Positions 19,831 through 28,208 of a stretch of DNA of 64,000 bases are shown here, one piece after another; within the stretch, counting starts at the first letter, position 1; every line of letters starts with the position of its first letter. Source of the stretch: an uncultured delta proteobacterium (GTDB lineage: Bacteria > Myxococcota > Kuafuiibacteriia > Kuafuiibacteriales > Kuafuiibacteriaceae); the NCBI GenBank assembly GCA_963803435.1, contig CAWDML010000009.1, positions 1,216,001-1,280,000 on the forward strand, written 5' to 3'. Both the position numbers and the translations under genes were made by a program. Below the pieces are notes generated by a model, which saw only the letters and a list, made by a program, of their open reading frames with translations, did not search any database and was not told the origin of the DNA.

Positions 19831-20054
19831 TGCAGAGTCGTCCGCCCCACTGCCGATCCCAGCTCTACGCGACCATCACCTTGCCGGCGATGACCGCCGA
19901 GCAAGCCACTCTATTGTTTGATGTCCTCGGCGAGGTCGCGGCCGCGATCTGGGACGCCTACGAACCCGAGATCAGCTGTATCGCGGCAGAAGAGGCTCGC
20001 CTCTACGAGCCGGACGAGGACGGGCACCTCGACATCGACGATCTCCCCTTCTGA
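19830..20054 (+). CDS. Small acidic hypothetical protein of the transposon
   Basis: TGATG-coupled to the ATPase; AIWDAY motif and DDLPF terminus. Confidence 0.6.
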   Translation: MQSRPPHCRSQLYATITLPAMTAEQATLLFDVLGEVAAAIWDAYEPEISCIAAEEARLYEPDEDGHLDIDDLPF

Positions 20055-20214
20055 AGGTCCTCGCCTCTGGCTCGTCCGCCCTCCCGTCTCCGTCGTTCCC
20101 GAATCCCGCCACCATTCCCGACCGCTTCACCGCAGCGGGCACCGCGGGAATCCGGCCCTCGACCATCACAAACTCGCCCGCGAAACGAGTGGGGACCGAG
20201 CGCGGGAACCCACA

Positions 20215-20275
20215 GAGGGGACGGCGGGAGCAAGAACGATTGTCTCGGAGTCCAAGAACGGTATTGCTTCGCCAC
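20215..20275 (-). pseudogene. IS1182 transposase N-terminus, cut off by the nested insertion
   Basis: MAKQYRSWTPRQSFLLPPSP, a typical IS1182 start. Confidence 0.85.
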
Positions 20276-20394
20276 GAAACCATGGGATCAAGTCCAGGCG
20301 TCGAAGTCGATCCGCCCAACGATCGATTCCAGACGAAACGACTTCCAAGAACTTCTGCTGGTCAAAGTGGACGAGCTACCGCAAGCTAGCTTGC

Positions 20395-20764
20395 ATGGTC
20401 ACTTTCGATCACGAGAAGCTCGAGGCCTACCAGCTCGCCGTCGAGTATGCCGACATCGCTGAAGATGATCGCACAAGAACTGCAACCCGGTCACGCTCAC
20501 GTCCGCGATCAGCTTCGGCGGGCATCCGATTCCATCGTGAACAACACCGCCGAGGGCGCCGGAGAGCTCAATCCACCTGAGAAGGCTCGCTTCTACCGGA
20601 TGGCACTTCGCTCTGGCACCGAAAGCGCCGCCTCACTCCACACCTGCTTGAGGCGCCGACTCGCCAACGAGCAGAAGGTCCAAGCCGCCAGAGCCAAGCT
20701 CAAGCGCGTTGTCGAGAGGCTCACGCGCCTCATCAAGTCGATGAACGCACGCCGGGCTGCATGA
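20395..20764 (+). CDS. Four-helix-bundle protein (23S rRNA IVS protein / bAvd-like family); +1 frameshift near 20463
   Basis: MVTFDHEKLEAYQLA, then RDQLRRASDSIVNNTAEG..EKARFYRMALRSGTESAA..LTRL. Confidence 0.88.
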
Positions 20765-20769
20765 TCGCC

Positions 20770-20805
20770 ATCGGGACCGGGACCGGGACCGGGACCCCGA
20801 CCGGG
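20770..20805 (+). repeat. (GGGACC)n hexamer array, right arm of the inverted repeat
   Basis: ATCGGGACCGGGACCGGGACCGGGACCCCGACCGGG, the imperfect reverse complement of the 15567-15609 array. Confidence 0.9.
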
Positions 20806-21330
20806 CTCGCGGTAGCGCTACGCGCTACACGCTCATACGGAGCCGACGCCTGCTATGCCATGTTGGGGCAGGCGACCGCCGGCCAGCGATCGAGTGGAGG
20901 AGCTTCTACAATCGGTTCGATCAGATCCCCGTGCGCTTGCGGGCTCGCGTCCTCGAGAGGGACGAGGCGATCGTCGCGCTGATCGCCCGGCATCAAAGGG
21001 AACCTGCACGACCAGGCCTGGCACGTCGCCGGTCGGCACGTGAGGGAGATGCGAAAGCGATGAGCGAGATCGAGGCATGGGCCCGCACGTTCGTCGAGGG
21101 GGAAGGGCGGATCATCGGCGCCGCTCCGGAGGCACGTGTCCCGCCCGCCGCGATGACGGCGCTGCGAGCGTGGGTCGAAGCGCTCTGACCCTGTGCTCCC
21201 CGGACCGGAGGGAACAGCAGCGCCACCGCCATCGATCCGCGAGTGGCCGCTGGCGAGCGCGTCATCACGGCGTTCCCATGCCCGCTCCACAGTCCATGCC
21301 GGCACCGTTTTCGCGGTAGCATCCATCATC

Positions 21331-22014
21331 GTGTCGGTCGCCGGGAACGTCCTCAGGAACTCCGCCTCCATCGCGAAGGGCGAGCTGCTCCACTTCTTCG
21401 GGCTGTTCTGGCGCGCGCTCTGGAAGACGACCGCGATCCTCGGCGGGCTCCTGCTGCTCTATCTCCTGATCGGCTGGATCTTCGACGGCGGCAAGTACGG
21501 TCACGAGAGCCCGGTCGTGATGGTCGTGCTCATGATCGTCTACTCGCTGATGATCGGCGTGCAGACCGGCCTGGTGGTCGCGGCCGTGCGCGTGACCTGG
21601 GCGATGGCCGGCCCCTTCATCCTGGTGCCGCTGATCCTGATCCCGCTCGCGGTGGTCGGCGCGTTCTGGCTCTTCTGGGGCCCGCTCGGCAGCGCCGCCG
21701 AGAGCGTGCTCTCCGCGCTGGTCGCCAGCGGCGCCGATCACGACTGGCTCGTGGGGAAGATCGGCCCAGCCGCGCGCATCGGGCCGCCGATCCTGATCAT
21801 CGCGCTCCCGCTGTTCGCGATGGACATGGTCGGCGTCCTGATCGACGGCGGCGTGATCTGGTCGCTCTTCCTCTTCCTCCTCCTCGCCAGCGGCGTCTTC
21901 CTCTTCGGCTTCCTCCCGTCCGCGCTGGTGTCGATGGTGGCGGTGGTCGGCGCTTACCTGCGGAGGTTCGCGCGGCGTCACCGGGAGAAGCTGGCGAACC
22001 TCACGTCGGCGTGA
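21331..22014 (+). CDS. Multi-pass membrane hypothetical protein
   Basis: About 6 hydrophobic helices with strong GC3 codon bias; start uncertain. Confidence 0.7.
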   Translation: MSVAGNVLRNSASIAKGELLHFFGLFWRALWKTTAILGGLLLLYLLIGWIFDGGKYGHESPVVMVVLMIVYSLMIGVQTGLVVAAVRVTWAMAGPFILVPLILIPLAVVGAFWLFWGPLGSAAESVLSALVASGADHDWLVGKIGPAARIGPPILIIALPLFAMDMVGVLIDGGVIWSLFLFLLLASGVFLFGFLPSALVSMVAVVGAYLRRFARRHREKLANLTSA

Positions 22015-22149
22015 GCGGGCGCGGGCGGCGCCGGCGAAGACGCGAGCGCAGACGCGACCTCTGCAGCGAAGGCGCCGCCCGTCGGGCAGGACGCCTGTGG
22101 TAGGTTCGAGTCTGGCGATGTCGGGTGGGCTCGATCGGATGTTCGCCTC

Positions 22150-22510
22150 CGGTGGCGAGCTCGGTCGCAGAGCGCATTGGGGCCGATGAGCGCTGGCCTC
22201 AGAGTCTTCGCTCGGTGCTCAGCATTTGCCTCGGCTCGCGGTTTCCGATCGCGATCGACACCACGCGTACGTACGCCCGACGAGGCCTGCCAGATCGCCG
22301 CCTGAACGACGCCGTGTGACCGCTCGCGCAGGTGGCCGCGGGCACGCTCGCGGTCGCCGGCGACCTGAGGACGCGCTTCGCGGCGACGCTTCCCGGCGGC
22401 CCTTGGCCGGAGCCCGCGACCACCGCGTTCGTCGCACCGCTGACGTCGAGCGGCGGTCTGACCGGCTTCATGATCGTGGGCGCGAGCGGGCGCCGACTCG
22501 CCGTCGCACT
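22150..22510 (+). pseudogene. Fragments of a PAS/GAF hybrid sensor histidine kinase
   Basis: WPQSLRSVLSICLGSRFPIAI and LPGGPWPEP..GFMIVGAS are hallmark N-terminal segments of such kinases. They are separated by a stop and deletion. Confidence 0.6.
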
Positions 22511-22619
22511 CTTGAAGCGGCGGAGACCAGGGGCAGAACCCGGGGTTTCTCGGCCGAAAGGAGAGAAAACGACACATCAGAAAAAAATGAGAGCGCGGAT
22601 CTCGTAGAGGACTTCATTC

Positions 22620-24885
22620 ATGCGCTTCGACCTTCTCTGCTCGATCGCACTCATTGGACTGCTCGGTATGGCCATCCCGTCGGAGGGATCGGCGCAGGTG
22701 GCCGGATTCGGAACGACCGACGAGGCGCGGGCGGAAGACACGAACGGTGATGGAGCGTTCGAGGATCTCGCGCGCGACTGCACCTATCAGCTCACCATCC
22801 GGCGATTCGCGGGGATCGCCGTGGACCGAACACTCCTCAGCTTCGATCTCGGTGCCTTGCCACCCGGGAGCACCCTTCTCACGGCGAGCCTCGAGATTCG
22901 AATCTCATCGTTCACGAGCTCCTCGCACGACGTCGGTATCTACGCGTTCGCCGGTGACGGTCTCGTCACCCTCTCGGATGCGACCGCGACCGGCGGACAA
23001 CTGGTCGGGCAGTACAGCCCGCCCGGTCTCGGGCTCGGTGACCATTCGATTGCGCTCGACGCTCCGGCGATCGCGGCACTGGGAGCAACCGGTCCGGTCG
23101 AGCTCAGGCTCGAGGGTCTCGCGGAGAACGTGAATACTGGGATTAACGCGACCGGGTGCGCATCGGTGCCAGGGCCACGCTTGGTCATCGGCTACTATCT
23201 GCCTCCCCCAACGGTCTCTCAGATCGTCACCACCGGGCAGCCCAGCTATTGGGCGCTCTTCGGCTTCGATGGAGCGAGCTGGGTCCCGGCCGTCCCAGGC
23301 CAGGCGTACCTGGAGTATCGGCTCGAATCTCACCAACGTGGCGCCTGCGCCCTCGCCCGATGCGGGCGTGGTGGACACGGGCGTTCCGCCCGACAGCGGC
23401 GTTCCGCCCGACAGCGGCGTTCCGCCCGACAGCGGCGTTCCGCCCGACAGCGGCGTTCCGCCCGATGCGGGCTTCATCGATGCCGGCTTCGTCGACGCGG
23501 GCCTGGCTTCGGACGCGGGATCGCCGGACACCGGGACGGTTGGCGGTCTTCCTCCGTACTCGGGCGGGACGTGCCCGATGCTCGCCTTCGCGACGAGCAA
23601 CAGCGCATCGGGAGACAACGCGTTCCTCTCCGATGGCCGGAACCGCACCGTGCGCTTGATCCGCTCCGGCAGCGCACCGAACCCGGCCATCATCTTCACG
23701 TTCCATGCGCGAGGAAGTCAGCCCGGATGGGGGATCGACGATCTCGGCCTCGCGGGCGGCAACGCCGGCAACTACATCATCGTCGCGCCGAGCGCGGTCG
23801 GGAACGGCAATTTTGTCAGCGGGTCCGAGCAGTGGAGGTTCGATGGTCCGCCGAGCACGAACCCGGACGTAATCCTCTTCGACGACCTCTTGACATGCCT
23901 CCACACCCAGGTCGGCGTGAACCTCGATCGTATCTCGGCGAGCGGATTCTCCGCTGGCGGTCTCTTCACCTCCTATCTCTTGATGCATCGATCCGATCGC
24001 TTGTCGGCCGCCGCCGTGATGTCCGGTGGCCTCATCGATTCGAGCGAGTACCAGGCGCCCACCGCCCAACCTCCAACCATGATCGTGTGGGGCGGAACGA
24101 GCGACGCCAACTATCAATGGGGTCAGTCGGTCGATCCACTCTATGAGTCGGCCCCATACACACACAGCTTCGATCTGGCCGCGAACGACTTCGCGGATCG
24201 TCTGGAGCTGAACGGCCAACTCGTCGTGCGCTGCAATCACGGCAGTGGCCATGAGCCGGGACCGGTCTCGAACGACCCGAGCCGCGGCGGGTACGTGTGG
24301 CCGCAGAACTGGCCGTTCCGCTATCTTTACGATCACGTGCGCGGTCAGCCGAGCCCCTATGAGACGAGCTTCCCTGCCGGTACGATGCCCTCGAGCTGCA
24401 CGCTTCCGCCGCCGCCGCCGCCGAACCCGGACCTGCTGCCCTGCCTGGTGGGCGGCAACGTCATCAATTTCGACGGCCAGGCGGGTGACTACATCCATCC
24501 GACCGACGACACGGTCATCGATGGCTCATGGTCCCTGAGCTCTTCACCGACGACTTCCACGCCGGAGTTCGTCAGGGTCTATGTGGTGCCGACGAACACG
24601 GCGCAGGGCCTCTGGTGGAACCTGGTGTTCGAGAGCCCCTTCAACGGGACGCCGCTGCAGGTCGGCGACTACCCGCTCGCGTCACGCTGGCCATTCAACC
24701 CGCAGGGCACCGCCGGTCTCGACGTCACCGGCGACGGTCGCGGCTGCAACCAAAGCTCGGGCCTCTTCCACGTGTACGAGCTGGCGGCCACCAACGGAGT
24801 CGTCACCCGCTTCACCGCGACCTTCGAACAGTCCTGCGAGCTCATCCACCCGCCGCTACGCGGTTGCGTACACTTCGAGCAGTAG
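22620..24885 (+). CDS. Secreted modular protein: N-terminal beta-sandwich, PDSGVP linker, alpha/beta-hydrolase (PHB-depolymerase/esterase-like), C-terminal domain; frameshift near 23320
   Basis: Signal peptide; LLSFDLGALPPG; ASGFSAGG nucleophile elbow; CNHGSGH. Joins ORFs 22620 and 23269. Confidence 0.65.
23380..23466 (+). repeat. 18-bp coding tandem repeat (GVPPDS), about 4.8 copies
   Basis: GGCGTTCCGCCCGACAGC x4 perfect plus a partial copy. Confidence 0.95.
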
Positions 24886-24970
24886 AGGGAAGCTACTCCT
24901 GCGTCGTGCGCTGCAATTCGACGGCAAGGCGTGGACGCAGCGGCATCGAAACTGGCTGCGCACGCTTGGG
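24886..24970 (+). pseudogene. Short IS110-family transposase fragment
   Basis: KLLLRRALQFDGKAWTQRHRNWLRTL resembles the IS110 coiled-coil segment. Confidence 0.45.
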
Positions 24971-25099
24971 TCGGTGAGGAAGTCGAGGGCCTCGTCGTCG
25001 AGCTCGATGTAGGCGCCATCGAGGACGGGGACGTGCAGATGAGGATAGAGCTCGCTCGCTCGAGCAAGAGCTGTCGTGGCGCGGCGGCCCGCGGCGGGC

Positions 25100-25858
25100 T
25101 CACCTCTGCCACCACGTCTGATAGAGGATCACGCCCGTGGCGACCGAGAGGTTGAGCGAGTCGACACGGCCGGTGATGGGAATCCGGGCGACCTCGTCGG
25201 AGAGGGCGCATTGCTCCGGCGACATCCCGCCGCGCTCGCAGCCGATCATGATCACCGAGGGCGAGCGGAGCCGGACCTTGCGGAGGTCGCGCGTCGCGCG
25301 GGCGGAGGTGCCGAGGACGAAGGCGCCGGTGCGCCGGCGCCAGCGGTCGAGGTCGTGCGGGGTGGTGCGCACGATGGGGAGCAGGAAGATGGCGCCCATC
25401 GAGGCGCGTACGACCGCCGGATCGAAGGGATCGACGCGGTCGCCGAGAAAGAGCACGCCGCCTGCGTCGAAGGCGGCCGCGGTCCTGATCGTCGAGCCGA
25501 GGTTGCCGCGGGAGCGGACCTCCTCGAAGCAGAGCCAGGGGCCGCGCTTGGAACGCATCGGCAGAGACCCGAAGGTCCGCCGCACCACGGCGCCCAGGCC
25601 CGAGGGCTCCCGGGCCGAGGAGATCGACGCGAACTCGCTCGGTGTGGTCTCGACGATCGGGCCTCGGTAGCGATCGAGGAGCTTGTCGAGCGTGGGGCTG
25701 AGGCGTCGTTTCCGCGGGAGCACGAGGCATTCGACGTGCGCGCGGGTGGTCAGCGCACTGATCACGAAGCGCTGCCCTTCGACGAAGAAGCAGTCGGTTC
25801 GCTCTCGCTCTTCCCGATTGGAGAGCGCGCGGATGGAATCCAGGTGGAACGCGCTCAT
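25100..25858 (-). CDS. TrmH/SpoU-family RNA methyltransferase
   Basis: FFVEG, GNLGSTIRTA, VVRASMGA, IGCERGGM and DSLNLSVATG. Confidence 0.9.
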   Translation of the reverse strand: MSAFHLDSIRALSNREERERTDCFFVEGQRFVISALTTRAHVECLVLPRKRRLSPTLDKLLDRYRGPIVETTPSEFASISSAREPSGLGAVVRRTFGSLPMRSKRGPWLCFEEVRSRGNLGSTIRTAAAFDAGGVLFLGDRVDPFDPAVVRASMGAIFLLPIVRTTPHDLDRWRRRTGAFVLGTSARATRDLRKVRLRSPSVIMIGCERGGMSPEQCALSDEVARIPITGRVDSLNLSVATGVILYQTWWQR

Positions 25859-25946
25859 GCGACGAGCGCGCGGAGTACCTCCTCGAGGGTCTGGGTCATG
25901 GCGGAATTGGAGCGGAAACGCGGTGGGTTGTCCAGCGCGGAGCCCG

Positions 25947-27212
25947 TCAGTTGCGCTCGAAGCTAGACACCCGCTGCTTCGCGAACGCCGAGATGACCCG
26001 CACGACATCACGTTGGCTCGCGGAGTGGCTGAGCACCTCGTCGAGCGGAATCTCGACGAGCGCGAAGCTGGCGATGGGGAGGATCTGTGCCTGGCGGGAG
26101 AGCAAAACGACGCGCGGTCCCTCGGGCGGCGTCTCGTTCGCGCGGTCATGCCAGTGCGAGATGCGGCGGCCTGTTCCCTCGCACGCGGCGTGCATCTCCT
26201 CCGCCCACTGGGCGTCGCGGTAGCCGTACGCGATCACGACGTCGGCGCGCGGCGGGATCCCCAGCTTCGGCGGTTCGCGGAGCCGTGCCTCGAGGGCGCG
26301 GCTGCGGAGCTCGCCGCGAGCATATTGGACGCTCGGGTGGCGAGCACCGTGCCAGCCTTCGTCCGATCCATCGCGGGCCTTCGCGATCTCGTCGATCGCC
26401 CTCCGATGATCACCGCGAGCGATCGCGATCTCGGCGCGGACCAGGGCGAGGTCGATCGAGATCGTCCCGTAGCCAGAGTCGAGCGCGATGCGGCGCGCCT
26501 CGGCGAGTGGGCCGGCTGCATGCGCTTCGATATTTGGGGGGTTTGCGAGGAGCGCCGCTCTCGCTCGCTCGAGGTGGACGCGCGCCAAGAGCTCGCGATC
26601 GCCGTGCTGCGCGGCCCATTCGCGGGCGACCTCGAGGTGGCCGAGCGTTCGAGCGTGCTCGCCCTTCTCGCGCGCGATCTCTGCCAGGAAGAGGGAGAGA
26701 TAGGCCAGGACCGTGCCGCCGAGCTCGATCAGGTGTGGGAACGCCTCGCGGCGGCTGTCCCGGACGAAGCGCTCCTCGGCCCGCGTCTTGGCGGGCTCGC
26801 CGCTTCGGGCGAACAGATCGGCCGCGGCCAACAGCGACGTGCGTGCCTCGGGGGCACGGCCGGCGAGGACCTCGAGCTCGGCCAGGTTCTGCAGCGCGAT
26901 CGTCGCGAGCCAAGGACGGCCCAGCTTCGACGCGAGCTCGGCCGACCGGCGAAAGCAAATCGAGGCTGCGTCGAGCTGGCCCAGACGATCGAGGTAGAGG
27001 CCCCATTCGTTGAAGAATGCGGCGGTCTCCGTGGGCGCGAGCGCCGGCGTCACCACCGAGGACGGAGGGGCTCCGTTCACGAACATCCGAACGAGACCCT
27101 CACCGCGTGCGTAGGCGCCGCGCTGAGCCCCTAGGACGGCGAAGCCTCCGAGCTGCTGGTGATAGAAGGACCACGCCTCCTCGATCGCCCCGGCGCCGAT
27201 CATGTGGAACAC
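25947..27212 (-). CDS. TPR-repeat protein, probably 5'-truncated, with a short TIR-like C-terminal segment
   Basis: Ala/Leu-rich TPR helices (ALQNLAELEVLAG); C-terminal DVVIAYGYRDAQWAEEM. Confidence 0.55.
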   Translation of the reverse strand: MFHMIGAGAIEEAWSFYHQQLGGFAVLGAQRGAYARGEGLVRMFVNGAPPSSVVTPALAPTETAAFFNEWGLYLDRLGQLDAASICFRRSAELASKLGRPWLATIALQNLAELEVLAGRAPEARTSLLAAADLFARSGEPAKTRAEERFVRDSRREAFPHLIELGGTVLAYLSLFLAEIAREKGEHARTLGHLEVAREWAAQHGDRELLARVHLERARAALLANPPNIEAHAAGPLAEARRIALDSGYGTISIDLALVRAEIAIARGDHRRAIDEIAKARDGSDEGWHGARHPSVQYARGELRSRALEARLREPPKLGIPPRADVVIAYGYRDAQWAEEMHAACEGTGRRISHWHDRANETPPEGPRVVLLSRQAQILPIASFALVEIPLDEVLSHSASQRDVVRVISAFAKQRVSSFERN

Positions 27213-28208
27213 GAGATCGTCGGCGTTCGCTGGGGCGTGCGACGGGCTCCCGGGCCACCCGACCAGGTTCCCGCTCGCCGCACGCCTCGCTTCGCGCCCG
27301 AGGGGCTGCGTTCCTCGAGGCGCACACCGGACGGCGCCGCGGCGCGCTCGCCCTCTCCCACGGCACCGGCGAGGTGGCGCTCCTCGAAGAAACCGGCGCG
27401 CTCAGCGAAGAATCGTGACCACGATCCCAGGGAAGCGGCGTCGGTTCCGGGCCTGACCCTCAAGGTCCGTGTGGGCGACTTCGAGAGGTCCGACGATCGC
27501 ATCGCGGTCACCGTCGCCGGCGAAGGCTCCGCGATCGGCTTCAGCCCCTACGGTGGTGTGCCTCGACGATGACGTGATCCGGCCCGCGGACGCCGTTGAA
27601 CCCACGCCTCGGAGCTGCTGAGCATCGACCTTCATCGCTGCTTGCACTTCGATGGGCTTCTCTGCACGGGGCGCGACCCCGGACCTCGGCGCGCCGAGGT
27701 TTTCGATCAAGCAGTCGAGCGTGCTCGGATCGCCCTCGATCAGCATCGGCTCATCCGCCTGAACTCGGTGTCCTCTTGGCGGAGGAATCGGATCAACGTC
27801 GAGGTGCGGCAGGTGACGGTCAGCGTCGGCGAGTCGACGACGCGCTGGACGAAGAGGCGCTCCTTACGGGATCGAGCGAAGCTCCAGATCTCGGGCTCGT
27901 CGTCGTCGCGTCGAAGCGGCGAGCGAGCTCGAGATCGAGATCGGGGACCTGCGCCCGCCTACGTGCTCTCGCTGAGCGACGAGCGGCGCACGGCCTTGGC
28001 CGATCGCCTGCGGACGATGCCCCCGGCGCGCTCGGACGGATCGATCGCGCGGACGGCTCGGGCGTGAGCCGTCCGCGGGTTCGTCTGACTGTCTAGGTGT
28101 TGGCTCCAACCACCAGATCGACGGATCTCGACTGCACTCGGTGCTGCGTCTTCGGGCGCATCCTCCTTTTGCCGGAACCTCCCGTGGGCTCGGGCGATAA
28201 GCTCTCCG

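Larger units (their letters stand above)
16769..20214 (+). mobile_element. Complete 3446-bp TG...CA transposon (Zn-finger ORF, DDE transposase, ExeA-like ATPase, small ORF) inserted into the IS1182 gene
   Basis: Starts TGTTGGG and ends CCCACA. 5-bp direct repeat GAGGG at 16764-16768 and 20215-20219. Removing the element and one repeat restores LPPSPLEWLP in frame. Confidence 0.88.
15539..20834. mobile_element. IS1182-family element (degenerate) with long inverted ends, carrying a four-helix-bundle gene and a nested transposon
   Basis: Perfect 16-bp terminal IR GAGCGTGTAGCGCGTA (15539-15554 / 20819-20834), extending inward as imperfect IRs. IS1182 transposase inside. CTAG on the left flank; no matching target duplication on the right. 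Confidence 0.75.

Noticed and set aside
20395-20764. Diversity-generating retroelement suggested by the bAvd-like gene
   Set aside because: No reverse transcriptase and no template/variable repeat pair was seen in the window.
20395-20764. 23S rRNA intervening sequence
   Set aside because: The flanks are IS ends and protein-coding or pseudogene DNA, not rRNA.
23380-23466. CRISPR-like repeat
   Set aside because: Contiguous 18-bp coding repeat with no spacers; it encodes a Pro/Asp/Gly linker.
27220-28200. ORFs between the TPR gene and ppc
   Set aside because: No recognisable family or consistent codon bias; probably scrambled remnants.
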